Source: a virus | Lineage: Duplodnaviria; Caudoviricetes | Length of the DNA stretch: 58,921 nt | Strand: one strand, 5' to 3' | Virus record (IMG/VR): IMGVR_UViG_3300018080_000203 | Span: 1-58,921 of that record | Part shown: piece by piece, positions 38,601 to 47,028 of the stretch | Layout: each line of letters opens with the position of its first letter | Numbering within the stretch: the stretch's first letter is position 1 | The notes under the pieces: generated by a model | What the model was told of the DNA's origin: nothing | The model's input: only the letters and a program-made list of their open reading frames with translations | The model's database searches: none | Translations under genes and position numbers: made by a program

Positions 38601-38804
38601 TTTTATATCTACAGGCGCTGTCTTGTACTCAATATCAGCAACAGAAGTATAAGAATCTTCGCTTTTAAGAAGTTTCTCGTAAACTTCTCTAAGTGCCGCC
38701 CGCTCATCTGCTGGCAACCGATCAACATCGTCGAGCAATAACCTTAGTTCTTCGTCTTCAGTCCGGATAGACCTCGGACGGCCATTTACATCGAGGATTG
38801 ACAT
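35640..38804 (-). CDS. terminase large subunit with one intein; ~695 aa after splicing
   Basis: Walker A GSLGWGKS, Walker B GIIDE, nuclease VHIDTS, D.YQS, KIDHP, SKDIADS. Confidence 0.93.
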   Translation of the reverse strand: MSILDVNGRPRSIRTEDEELRLLLDDVDRLPADERAALREVYEKLLKSEDSYTSVADIEYKTAPVDIKTFLSDPYFLGETGASLWPRLADDIVDLFEGSYEEAALGGSLGWGKSFFSTTAMSYVVYQMSCLRNPQRAYGIDVGSNIYVAMISKTEKVARRVVINELIGKIRYSRYFQEHFKPKEAPSNLEVRFPSNIQVVAGSTGSSAMIGLNVFSGIIDETSFLGDSKQLDRHGREIVVDMGESIYKSIIRRMKSRFQRVGRVPGVLILASSKERPSAFIEKRIQQARDIDDPLMFVREYCVTGDTVIPLMNGTQKTIEELARDVSDDESFWVYSMDIKNGVVVPGEAHHPRLTLKDVEVFRVTIDSGESVRTTANHPFLLKDGKYKRCSDLVPGDSLMPLYRRLDDRGYEEIAQPWWGGRWQKTHHMSLRGVGETWSKLGDDGKPNVVHHKDFDKTNNCPENLKVMGWVEHQEYHCDNMDVLLKHVKSDKHREFSSENMKQLHKDPDFASRRNERGAKHLKKLRKDERLWAKRRKASAVAVAEFHNTEKGRRLQKERSLKRWDGKRKIVVSDIISGAKDGISITTLAKKHNCSPSAISAVLRRKGLPQYSKIKRSYGHKSPGNHKVVSVESCGRCDVYDMSVKGYENFAIETGIFLHNSTWDVHPPEKFSDKFFKVVVGTERISSRILSGDPEEEKRYGDLGLQIIAVPEDYRKDFVNDIDGSLREIAGVATDIISQYMNRTEKVYDCQDVTLEHPVGYDEGEGSLEEWVANTPLPIMWHRIAKPFKRRLPGGFEEDAWRPIRHPEATRFVHIDTSHTADSSGITIAHIAGWTEVVRRDAMGEEYNELAPRIEADLVLGVVPPPGDEIMLADLRGIVYQFMAHGFQISYASLDSYQSVDTIQQFGKHGIESEVVSVDRTTEPYDTLKTAMYEDRFRMAPHSVALREFRYLQRIPKSGGKVKIDHPKKNPDGTPGSKDIADSIAGVVYALTKKVPGRPIDPIMSSRESFDEKQDDSWVTGGKVLVQSTKIKGERQSLVSDRGNSPSALPFLKG
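36825..37901 (-). mobile_element. terminase intein (359 aa, HNH-containing)
   Basis: Y|CVTGDT start, TTANHPF, VHHKDFDKTNNCPENL HNH, IFLHN|S end. Confidence 0.92.
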
Positions 38805-38810
38805 AGAAAA

Positions 38811-39539
38811 TTACTCGCCAGACGCTTTAGTCAACTCTGGAATTTCTGCACCGCCTTTGACTCTTTTTAGTCTCTCAATGATTGACACTACACGGCGCCT
38901 CGAATCTGGTTTCTGAAGGGTTTCAGATGTTTCTTTTGAATATCCCTCAATAGACAACTTTTCATGCGCTGGACCACTGCCAAGGCGCTCAAACAGCTCC
39001 TTTTCAATCTTTCCATAAGTCTCCAACGCCTTGAGCACTGTAAGCACTGTGCGGTCTGTCATTTCGAATGGAAAACCGAGGTCTTGCTCCTTTTGGATAA
39101 TCCAATCGAGCCGATCACGCTGTGCAAGATAAACTGACTGTGCTTCGATGAGCTGGTCTAACAACATCGATTGCTTGTTGTATTGGTCACGAGCGAGAAA
39201 AGCAGGCTTACGCCCCTTTGTTGGAACAATCGCCGCCAGCCGCTCATTAACAACAACCTCTGGCTTAGCATCAAGTACCTCTCGGCGACGCTTTGCAAGA
39301 ACATTTGTAAGAGTCGAAAACTTTACATCTACCAACTCTTCGAGACCAAGCTGAATGAATTTCGCGACATCCCCTGTCGAAACCCCATCAACAAGCATTT
39401 CATCAATATCTTCAATCACATTCAACTCGCTCAAACGCTGAGCAACAGTCAATGTTTTGTCTTTTTTGAACGATGGCGGTAAAGTCTTCATTGCACTATC
39501 AAACATTATTGACAATGCACCCTTATACGTCAAGTACAA
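38811..39539 (-). CDS. putative terminase small subunit (start uncertain)
   Basis: helical protein with N-terminal HTH-like segment directly upstream of TerL. Confidence 0.5.
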   Translation of the reverse strand: MYLTYKGALSIMFDSAMKTLPPSFKKDKTLTVAQRLSELNVIEDIDEMLVDGVSTGDVAKFIQLGLEELVDVKFSTLTNVLAKRRREVLDAKPEVVVNERLAAIVPTKGRKPAFLARDQYNKQSMLLDQLIEAQSVYLAQRDRLDWIIQKEQDLGFPFEMTDRTVLTVLKALETYGKIEKELFERLGSGPAHEKLSIEGYSKETSETLQKPDSRRRVVSIIERLKRVKGGAEIPELTKASGE

Positions 39540-39548
39540 CTATACAAA

Positions 39549-39572
39549 AACGGGCAATCAGTTGCCTATTTT
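39549..39572. repeat. 24-bp palindromic intergenic element, copy 2
   Basis: AACGGGCAATCAGTTGCCTATTTT. Confidence 0.8.
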
Positions 39573-39573
39573 G

Positions 39574-40683
39574 TTATTTCATAACAGAAGAGAGGGTTTT
39601 TCCGACGATTCGAGCAATATCGTCATAGGAATCTTTGGTTGGCTTTGTAATGCCCCTTTTGTTAAGGACTTTGACGATAGCCTTCATCTGTTCCTTTGTC
39701 AGCCATCTTCCAGACTGTCCATGAAACATTTCGCCGACCATTTTTTCAAGAGGACCTTGTGCTTGATAAGAACCCTTGGCCTCATTCAACGAACCTCTTT
39801 TTTGAATACTCTCTTTCACAAACAGAATGCCACGCCCATCGTCGGCCAACGTCAACCAGCCACCTTTATGTTTGACGATCTCGGACTCATAACCTCTTTC
39901 GGCAAGCATTGCACCGAATAACTGGGCCTGTTTTTTTGGATCTTTGACTTTGTGAGTATCGAGAACCTTCTTGAGTTTAAATTTGCCCTCACTGAGCTCC
40001 TCAACCTTAGCAGGCTCGACCCTCTTGGGTTTGTCGCTCTTCGGGGCGAGTTTTTTGTTTTTGCGTTTTTTGCCCCTATGAGAAACACACGCCTCGCCAA
40101 AGTGAGTCAGTCGCCATGTATCACCAGAAGGATGAGTCCTGGCTACAAGGTTCGCTTGCCCCATTACAGCCAACTCATTTCTGACTATCGATTTTTCCAA
40201 TCCTGTCGTTTCAGCAATTTCAGGCGCACTCATAGTGCAACCTTCAACCTCTGAAAGCGCCGACAATATAAACACGCTTTCGACCGGCAAAGAAACTTCC
40301 TCACCTCGAAGACGAGCTTCTATCTCTTTCTTTTTGGACCTTCTAACAGAACGAGCATGAGCTTTCTTATAGGACTTCGCACCCTTGCTTATTTTTTGAT
40401 GCGGCTTCATGTGTGTTTTGCCTTTTTCAATTGCTTTTAACAGTCCCTTTCTCTCCGACTTTGAGTACCCAGCCTCAGTCTCATGACCTGTTCGTTTTTC
40501 ATAAGGTGAACCTTTGCGCTCATCAAGATTCTCATTGAGCATATCTTCGCGCTCAGCCGCATTGAGCGCTTCCTCAAGCTCTGCCACTGTATCAGGAGCA
40601 GCGTCCCCACCCAAAGCATACTCACCATGAGCACGCCGTTGTTGAAACTTGATGATTTCTTCAAAAATCCTAGCCATTCCCAC
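39574..40683 (-). CDS. multidomain basic protein, putative internal head protein
   Basis: multiple L.E sites (LEEA, LNE, LSEG, LNEA) between basic domains; central wHTH. Confidence 0.55.
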   Translation of the reverse strand: MGMARIFEEIIKFQQRRAHGEYALGGDAAPDTVAELEEALNAAEREDMLNENLDERKGSPYEKRTGHETEAGYSKSERKGLLKAIEKGKTHMKPHQKISKGAKSYKKAHARSVRRSKKKEIEARLRGEEVSLPVESVFILSALSEVEGCTMSAPEIAETTGLEKSIVRNELAVMGQANLVARTHPSGDTWRLTHFGEACVSHRGKKRKNKKLAPKSDKPKRVEPAKVEELSEGKFKLKKVLDTHKVKDPKKQAQLFGAMLAERGYESEIVKHKGGWLTLADDGRGILFVKESIQKRGSLNEAKGSYQAQGPLEKMVGEMFHGQSGRWLTKEQMKAIVKVLNKRGITKPTKDSYDDIARIVGKTLSSVMK

Positions 40684-40741
40684 CGCCTCCTGTCACAAAG
40701 TTGTCAAGACACACATTTTGGAGCCTACAGTAATCAGGATA

Positions 40742-40984
40742 TCATGTCGAGGCGAGTGCTTCTAGTTTTGCAGCCGATATCACTAGTTCAGCCCTGAATT
40801 GGGCCACAGGAAAATTTCTAACTTCATCAACAGACAACATAGGAGGTACACGAGTTTCATATGTCGGAATCTCGTCACCGAATGAATCTATCTCTCTTGG
40901 CGTCTCGAGTTCTTCGATCCAACGCTGAAGAATACCAATCGTCTGCTTCATCTCTTCGATTGCTTGTTCTCTACTCACCTTCAT
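40742..40984 (-). CDS. hypothetical protein
   Basis: start reassigned to MKVSREQ after GGAGGGG. Confidence 0.55.
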   Translation of the reverse strand: MKVSREQAIEEMKQTIGILQRWIEELETPREIDSFGDEIPTYETRVPPMLSVDEVRNFPVAQFRAELVISAAKLEALAST

Positions 40985-42119
40985 CTTCCCCTCCAGTTGC
41001 CGCAAGCTCGTCAATCAAATCAGAACCATAGACAATCTCATTTGAGCGCTTATCAAGGGCTACCATTGAAAGCCCAGTCGATCGCTCTAGTTGTGCCAAT
41101 AACTCACCAATCATTACTGATCTTTGGCCATCATAAAACGAACAGAAATGCAAACAAATAAGACTAAAAATATGTCCCTTGTGTTCACTTTCAGCCATTT
41201 CACCAGCGTACCTCATTGCATCTTCGACAATCTTCCAACTGTCTTTATGGACACTAAAAATCCACTTCTTCCATTCTTTAGAAGCTTCCTTTTGAGCTTC
41301 CACCTTAGCCTCGACGTCATCAGGAGGGTCAATCCCTTCTGTCGCAGCTTCTGTTAGTGTAACTGGGTCACCAGGTGGCATCTCTGTCGTAGCTAATTGA
41401 GCTGTCTTTGGAGACTTAGGGTCCAACACCTTCATACCTTTAGGAAGCTCGTCAGGTTCGTTATCATCGTCATCCTGTGCATTTTTTCTATGAGCGAGCC
41501 TAGCCTCCTCTTCACGCTTCTTTGACTCTTTTTTGTTTTTTTCTTTATTGTGTTCCTCGGCAGCCTTTTTGGCTGCCCTGGCCGCCCTTTTGAGATCTTC
41601 TGCGTTCATCTCCTTGGCAAGCCTGAACCACCTTGTTGCATTACGACCATCGATCACTTCTACGAGCTCTTTTGCTTTTGTCCAGCCAATTTCTTGAGCA
41701 CCTTCAAGCAGTTTAGGATTCGCGTTTTGCTCAACTCCATACCACCACCAAATCCTGGTAAGATATTTGGCCTTTCTAAATTCAACACCAATGGATTCAA
41801 CATACTCCTCGAACGTGTTGTATTTCTGATCGATTGATCGATACAACTTTTTTCTTTTTACCTCGTAAAGCGCTTGGGCCATTTTGAAATAAGTCTCTTC
41901 GTATTGTCTCAAAAGCCCAATGATTTTAAGATGCACCTTGTTGGCATAAGTCTCGTCTGCCGATAACACCTCAACAGATTTGCCGCCGCCTCTGATAGGA
42001 ATTACATTCGAAGAATTAGCTTCTGGTGTTTTTTTCGCATCATTCCCTTTTTCTTCTTCTTTTCTTCTCCCTCTTTTTTTAGCCACCGTCTGCTTCTTCT
42101 CCTTCTGTTTTTGAGTCAT
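40971..42119 (-). CDS. DNA-binding protein (DUF3102-like)
   Basis: L.EV..KKLY...Y.TFEEY....KA.YL, IGWTKA. Confidence 0.55.
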   Translation of the reverse strand: MTQKQKEKKQTVAKKRGRRKEEEKGNDAKKTPEANSSNVIPIRGGGKSVEVLSADETYANKVHLKIIGLLRQYEETYFKMAQALYEVKRKKLYRSIDQKYNTFEEYVESIGVEFRKAKYLTRIWWWYGVEQNANPKLLEGAQEIGWTKAKELVEVIDGRNATRWFRLAKEMNAEDLKRAARAAKKAAEEHNKEKNKKESKKREEEARLAHRKNAQDDDDNEPDELPKGMKVLDPKSPKTAQLATTEMPPGDPVTLTEAATEGIDPPDDVEAKVEAQKEASKEWKKWIFSVHKDSWKIVEDAMRYAGEMAESEHKGHIFSLICLHFCSFYDGQRSVMIGELLAQLERSTGLSMVALDKRSNEIVYGSDLIDELAATGGEDEGE

Positions 42120-42733
42120 TCCACTTCCCTTTCTCGCTGCGCTACCATATCCCAGAGATAGCGAGCGACCACATAGGAGTCTGCCTCGTGGTCATTATTA
42201 ACCATTATACCAAGTCCATCTGTCAAGATCTGAAAAATTTGTTTCTTTTCTGCACTCCCATATCCAAAAAAATGCTTTCGAGCAGTCGAAGGAGGAATTA
42301 CGTCTACAAGAATCTTTCGGGCCAACCAAAGCTGGACTTTTACATTCCCTGCTATTTCGCCTATCTGGTGAGCTTGAAACTTCTTGTTGTGTGCATACCC
42401 CTCAAGAGCAGCGTATCTGACCTTGTAATTCTTAGCAATACCAACGATATCATTCGTTAAATTTATTAGTCTTCCAATGCGTTCAGCCTCAGTAATTGGA
42501 GGATCGCCACGCTTACGATTGAATTTGTAATTCAAAGTACAATTTTCGAGCACATCACCCCTGTCAGAGAGAACTACTACACCTGTGTTCTCTAGCGCTA
42601 AATCGAGCCCTATAAGACGCCCAGAGATCTTTAAGTTCTGTACAGTCACAAGGACCGAACGGGCCACGGCCATCATCTGGACAGGCTGGGATGCTAAGCT
42701 CTTCTTTCGGGGCTTCGAAGATTTTACGGACAT
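42116..42733 (-). CDS. ruvC: RuvC-like Holliday junction resolvase
   Basis: IGLDL...TG, ALEG, PSTARK..G.G.A.K, NDHEADS. Confidence 0.85.
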   Translation of the reverse strand: MSVKSSKPRKKSLASQPVQMMAVARSVLVTVQNLKISGRLIGLDLALENTGVVVLSDRGDVLENCTLNYKFNRKRGDPPITEAERIGRLINLTNDIVGIAKNYKVRYAALEGYAHNKKFQAHQIGEIAGNVKVQLWLARKILVDVIPPSTARKHFFGYGSAEKKQIFQILTDGLGIMVNNDHEADSYVVARYLWDMVAQREREVE

Positions 42734-43514
42734 TACGAATCATCTCCTTTTGTTCAGCCATCATTTTTTTATCCAAAATAAACGGATGCTCAATAATGGC
42801 TTCTTCCAATTCCTTAGCTGTTCGATCAATATAGATAATCCGCCCCCTCGTCATCTTGGCCATGTCAAGATACCAAGAAAGCTGTATTACATGATCTCGA
42901 TTGGGTTTTTTGCGTATCCAATATGGTGACGCTGTCGTCTTAAAGTCGATCAATTCGATTGGCTGCCCTGGAAGCATCATAATTCCATCACACCATCCAC
43001 ATACACCAAGCTCAAGATCATAGAACATCGGCTCGACATAGGTAAGATCTCGCCTCCATCCTGGCTTCATACCGCACGCCTTACACTCCATTGGCTTACG
43101 AATGGCACTCTTGATGGTAACTTTATCAATCTCTCTTTCGCCATGAGAAACGGCTGACACCTTGTCATCCGGGTCTATTCCATGCTTGTGTCCGCATTCA
43201 GTGCACTTCCAGCCACCAACGAGCCAATTGCCATCACCTCCCCAAATATCCTGCATAAGGGTATGCATCGCCGTCCCGAAATCCATTGCAAACTTGTTCT
43301 TTGGCAAGAACTCTTTGACCAATGGGAGCCCGAGCTTCCAAGCAATAGCGTAGACACGAGGACACATATGAGAAATCTGTGACGGCGAGAACCAAATACC
43401 CTTATGAAGATGAACTTCTTGACGTTGATATAATTGTTCAGTAAGCAATGGCAAAAGAAATGCGCCACGATCTCGAACTTCTCGCACCTCTCTAATAAGA
43501 TCACCTAACCCCAT
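42564..43514 (-). CDS. Cas4/RecB-like PD-(D/E)XK exonuclease
   Basis: SPSQI..CPR, GT..H, G.CDG, DFKT, QL..Y, C-terminal Cys; CxxC insert. Confidence 0.85.
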   Translation of the reverse strand: MGLGDLIREVREVRDRGAFLLPLLTEQLYQRQEVHLHKGIWFSPSQISHMCPRVYAIAWKLGLPLVKEFLPKNKFAMDFGTAMHTLMQDIWGGDGNWLVGGWKCTECGHKHGIDPDDKVSAVSHGEREIDKVTIKSAIRKPMECKACGMKPGWRRDLTYVEPMFYDLELGVCGWCDGIMMLPGQPIELIDFKTTASPYWIRKKPNRDHVIQLSWYLDMAKMTRGRIIYIDRTAKELEEAIIEHPFILDKKMMAEQKEMIRNVRKIFEAPKEELSIPACPDDGRGPFGPCDCTELKDLWASYRARFSAREHRCSSSL

Positions 43515-43528
43515 TCGTTTACCTCGAA

Positions 43529-43552
43529 AACGGGCAATTGATTGCCTATTTT
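43529..43552. repeat. 24-bp palindromic intergenic element, copy 3
   Basis: AACGGGCAATTGATTGCCTATTTT. Confidence 0.85.
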
Positions 43553-44165
43553 ATTCATCGTTCCAACATTGACAAAGATGTCTTGGGTCTTTATCGCCAC
43601 AATGACTACAATATCCTCCCATCACTAACAACCGATCATCAGGTGAAAGTTTTTCCATCGCCTCGATGGCTACTTCTTTCCAATCAGAAGCAGAAGGTTC
43701 GTCCTCCTTGATATACTTGACAAAAACAGGATCTCCAGGCTGAACCTCCGCAAATTTCGCAATAAACCCATAGTCCGTGTATTCTATATCAGCCGTTTCT
43801 TCCTTGTTCTCTACCAAATCCACAATAATCTGAAGAACTTTTCGTGCTTTGTCGTGATCGTGTTTTATTACATTCAATACATCAGTGTAATAAACAGGAT
43901 CATTTGAAATGTATTCTGTTATAACCTCGGCTTTCAAAAGAACACGAACACGCTCGTTATGATTGAGACTAAGGAAGAAATATCGAGCCGCCTCCTTGTG
44001 AACTCCAAACCCTACATCAGCAAACACCTTGCTGTACTGCCTCTCAAGGCCCTCGATTCCAATTAATTCATTTGTTTTTGGCTTGACATTATGCCACGAC
44101 TCGATTGTTCTTATACGCCTTTCAAGATCATTGAGGCGTTGGAGTATTGTCATAATATTATCCAT
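43551..44165 (-). CDS. hypothetical protein
   Basis: GAGG SD; ends CSHCG...CQCWNDE. Confidence 0.7.
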   Translation of the reverse strand: MDNIMTILQRLNDLERRIRTIESWHNVKPKTNELIGIEGLERQYSKVFADVGFGVHKEAARYFFLSLNHNERVRVLLKAEVITEYISNDPVYYTDVLNVIKHDHDKARKVLQIIVDLVENKEETADIEYTDYGFIAKFAEVQPGDPVFVKYIKEDEPSASDWKEVAIEAMEKLSPDDRLLVMGGYCSHCGDKDPRHLCQCWNDE

Positions 44166-44179
44166 AATCTCACCTCTTA

Positions 44180-44407
44180 TTACCTCAATTCAAGATCAAG
44201 CTTGTTTCTAAATGGAAGCTTGAACTTTGGTGTGTTTGGATTGACTTTATAACTCTCGGTGTCGAGAATACTCCTCAATTTCTCAACTTCATCACGCCTC
44301 AACATGATAACGACATCATAGTCCTCGTTTTGCCGCGCTTCTGCCAGTCCTACAATGCGCCGAAGTTCTACACCGAGCGACTCGCTTTTTGAACTGCATA
44401 CGTACAT
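44180..44407 (-). CDS. hypothetical protein
   Basis: TAATG coupling. Confidence 0.55.
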   Translation of the reverse strand: MYVCSSKSESLGVELRRIVGLAEARQNEDYDVVIMLRRDEVEKLRSILDTESYKVNPNTPKFKLPFRNKLDLELR

Positions 44408-44757
44408 TACACCCCCAATACTTCGCGCTCCTCATCTGAAAGCTTTGCAAGAGCTCTATCGCGAATATCAGCTCTTTTACTTACTGAAATTTTTAATTTT
44501 GGCAAAGTGCCATCCAACGGCATAACACGATAAAAATCACCATGCTTGTCCTTGATCGCATAAACAACCCCAATGCTCACGACAAAACCAAGAGAATTTT
44601 GCGAATTCATCTTATTTGCTGTGACTTTAGCGTCCTCTCTGCGCAAATGAATATGACTGCTTAGATTGTCCGGTCCAGGAAACGCACCAACAAAAACACC
44701 CCACACCTCTATAATAGAACCTACTGGCAAACAATTAAACTCTTCTTCAGTCATCAC
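44407..44757 (-). CDS. hypothetical protein
   Basis: ends ALAKLS.EEREVLG, a common phage small-protein motif. Confidence 0.65.
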   Translation of the reverse strand: MMTEEEFNCLPVGSIIEVWGVFVGAFPGPDNLSSHIHLRREDAKVTANKMNSQNSLGFVVSIGVVYAIKDKHGDFYRVMPLDGTLPKLKISVSKRADIRDRALAKLSDEEREVLGV

Positions 44758-44758
44758 T

Positions 44759-45274
44759 TTACTCCTGTTTTTTCGCCGGCAAAATCTCTCTCTTTCTCAA
44801 CTCTCCAGCAAAGGTCGAGACAATGCTTGCCGCGTCGTCGTCATAAACTTTTCCATCAAAACACGGAGGTATCAGAACAGGATGCTTTGGTGGAAAATGC
44901 GGAGATGGAACCTTCGCCCCCTTTACTCCACGCGCTACGTCACGAATGGCGACTGCCATATTTCGCATACGCCCGAATTCATCAACCAAAAGCCTAGTAT
45001 CCATTGCTCGATAAGCCACAGCTTGAATAGCATAAGTTGTGTTTGGGTGATTCTTAGCCACATCTTCCATGGCCATATCAAAAAGGATTTCTGAAAGAGG
45101 ATGCAATGGACGTTCAATACCTCCTTTGTCCATCATCGCCCTCATGGTTTTTAAGATAAGCTTATCAACCTTGCCCCATGAAGAATCGAAAAGATTGTCA
45201 CACGGAGGGATAGGTCTCATCTTCGAGACCTTTTCCACCAGCCTTCCAAGCATCAGACGAACAGAATCTGCCAT
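44759..45274 (-). CDS. hypothetical protein
   Basis: 171-aa ORF directly behind a promoter. Confidence 0.65.
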   Translation of the reverse strand: MADSVRLMLGRLVEKVSKMRPIPPCDNLFDSSWGKVDKLILKTMRAMMDKGGIERPLHPLSEILFDMAMEDVAKNHPNTTYAIQAVAYRAMDTRLLVDEFGRMRNMAVAIRDVARGVKGAKVPSPHFPPKHPVLIPPCFDGKVYDDDAASIVSTFAGELRKREILPAKKQE

Positions 45275-45281
45275 TAGGTCT

Positions 45282-45309
45282 ATATTATATCTTTACAAAG
45301 GTTTGTCAA
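45282..45309 (-). promoter_or_regulatory. sigma70-type promoter TTGACA-N16-TAATAT
   Basis: minus strand; predicted start falls at or near ATG 45274 (possibly leaderless). Confidence 0.5.
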
Positions 45310-45752
45310 GTCTTTGGCTCAACATCAAAACATTCAATACCAACACCAAAATACCGAGACATTTCTAAAGAAATATCTTGTCCCAATGTTTTCATAACAC
45401 TATCAAACAAATTTTTGACAGCATCTTTTCCATGAAGCATTCCCAAATCATCCAACGCATCTTCAGAAAAATTGAAATTGGCACAAACCTTGAGACACAC
45501 TTTCCCGTTCTCACCCACCGAAATACAAGCTATCGGTATCATCTCGTCCGAAACACCACCAGACACTAATTCTTCAATCTGTACGTCTCCTCCTGTCGCC
45601 TTCATGATTTTTGCAGCCACACCATAAGAAAGTCTTTCGCCATGAACAGCCCGCCGTGCTGTCGAAATGCCAATATCGGCCATTCTTGACAGCTTTTCCA
45701 CAGAAATATTGTGGTCAGCAAGCCACCCCTTCAAAAATTTGTTTTCTCCCAT
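45306..45752 (-). CDS. XRE/Cro-type HTH protein
   Basis: LK.WL....ISVEKLS....IG.ST......G...S...A.KI...T.G.V. Confidence 0.7.
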   Translation of the reverse strand: MGENKFLKGWLADHNISVEKLSRMADIGISTARRAVHGERLSYGVAAKIMKATGGDVQIEELVSGGVSDEMIPIACISVGENGKVCLKVCANFNFSEDALDDLGMLHGKDAVKNLFDSVMKTLGQDISLEMSRYFGVGIECFDVEPKT

Positions 45753-45819
45753 ATATGAACTGTGACAGATGAGCTTTCAAATGTGAAGTGTTATTTTTGA
45801 CCCGAAACCAGGTTTAAAT

Positions 45820-45861
45820 AAAAAAACCGCCAACAGCACAAATACTGTCAGCGGTTTTTTT
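45820..45861 (-). terminator. rho-independent terminator of the tRNA-like RNA
   Basis: CCGCTGACAG-loop-CTGTTGGCGG-TTTTTTT on the minus strand (G-U pairs favour this strand). Confidence 0.85.
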
Positions 45862-45862
45862 A

Positions 45863-45999
45863 TGCTAAGTGACCAGGGAGTCGAACCCTGGAACGGTCGC
45901 CACTCTAGCCTCGTCTCACAAGCCGTCCACAGCCATGTGACAGCATAGGAGACTCATCAAGAGCGGTGGCTGTCGACCGTCTGACCATCATCACCACCT
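45863..45999 (-). ncRNA. stand-alone tRNA-like RNA with tmRNA-TLD topology
   Basis: acceptor AGGTGGT/GTCACTT + A-GCA; 13-nt stemless D-loop GATGATGGTCAGA; long helix opening CGGTC/GACCG; T-arm CAGGG-TTCGACT-CCCTG; own promoter and terminator. Confidence 0.75.
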
Positions 46000-46005
46000 A
46001 CTTTC

Positions 46006-46035
46006 AATCTATCACACAAGGAGCGTCTGTCAAGA
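46006..46035 (-). promoter_or_regulatory. promoter TTGACA-N16-(TGn)TAGATT driving the tRNA-like RNA
   Basis: -35 at 46033-46028, -10 at 46011-46006; +1 about A45999. Confidence 0.8.
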
Positions 46036-46095
46036 GGTTTTCTTCAAAAAAAATAATAATCCAAAAAAAAAGCTAGTCAAACTCTCGACTCAACA

Positions 46096-46455
46096 CTAAG
46101 ACTTTACATCTTTAAGCCGTTTTTCTATTCGATCCCATACTTTATGCCAAGCATCTGCTTTATCGCACTCTTCACCAAGCAAATGATTGAGCAATTCAAC
46201 AGCCTCACTAAGCCCGCAACCACACTTCCTTGGATTCTTTTTTAGCGGATGATCATCTGGTCTGTAACTATCAATTCTATTGACACACACAACATCATGG
46301 CGAACAAATCCTGACAAAAGGATAGCAAGGTCTCGATAGACGCAAGTCGCAACTCCTTCAAATGTTCGCCCTGACTCAATCTCAGAACATCGCGCCTTGA
46401 GTTTTTCATTTTCTTCTTTAACCTCGTTAAGCTGACGACGAAGATCTTTAGTCAT
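46096..46455 (-). CDS. hypothetical protein
   Basis: 119-aa ORF, H...C...CGCGL. Confidence 0.65.
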   Translation of the reverse strand: MTKDLRRQLNEVKEENEKLKARCSEIESGRTFEGVATCVYRDLAILLSGFVRHDVVCVNRIDSYRPDDHPLKKNPRKCGCGLSEAVELLNHLLGEECDKADAWHKVWDRIEKRLKDVKS

Positions 46456-46614
46456 GATCCACCTTCTTCAGGCCCTGGAACAAATCTTCCTTTTGAAACC
46501 AATTCACCGATCTCGTTTATCTCGACTTCAACAAAATAATTGTTATCAAAACACCACATTTTTCCACACATACACACATAAACAAAGACCGCCTCCGGCA
46601 ATACACCACCACAA

Positions 46615-47028
46615 CTACACTTGTTCATCAGGCATCCCTTTTAGATATTCATCGATGCTATTCAAAAGAGATTTCTTGAATCCATCAGACAATTCATCTC
46701 TCGTCATTTTTCGTGACCCTGGATTCTCAACAAGAGTCATTTCTACTAACATTTGAACCATTCTATACAAAAGCTCTTTGTTTGCCTTCTCTAGTTGTTC
46801 CGATTGATAAAGCTCTAACTGACAAAGATTCTTGATATATTCTCTTCTTATGTACCCAACCACCACGTCGGTCAACGAAAAGAGAAGTTTTTGTTGTCGC
46901 TCCAAAGCCTCAAAAACTTCTGTCAACGGAACTCCTGTTTTGCCTTCGCATTCAATACAATTCGCGCAATAACCACCACGGCCAGGGATGTGAAACAACA
47001 AACCACCGCACTTTTCACATTTATTCAT
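46615..47028 (-). CDS. Zn-ribbon hypothetical protein
   Basis: start reassigned to MNKCEKC after GAGGGG. Confidence 0.6.
   Translation of the reverse strand: MNKCEKCGGLLFHIPGRGGYCANCIECEGKTGVPLTEVFEALERQQKLLFSLTDVVVGYIRREYIKNLCQLELYQSEQLEKANKELLYRMVQMLVEMTLVENPGSRKMTRDELSDGFKKSLLNSIDEYLKGMPDEQV

Noticed and set aside
42564-43514. Cas4-like gene as sign of a CRISPR-Cas system
   Set aside because: No repeat-spacer array or other cas genes seen; solo Cas4-like exonucleases are common in phages.
45863-45999. Ordinary tRNA or full tmRNA
   Set aside because: No D-stem or 7-nt anticodon loop; too short for tmRNA, no G3-U70, no tag-like ORF (internal MSLLCCHMAVDGL has no SD).
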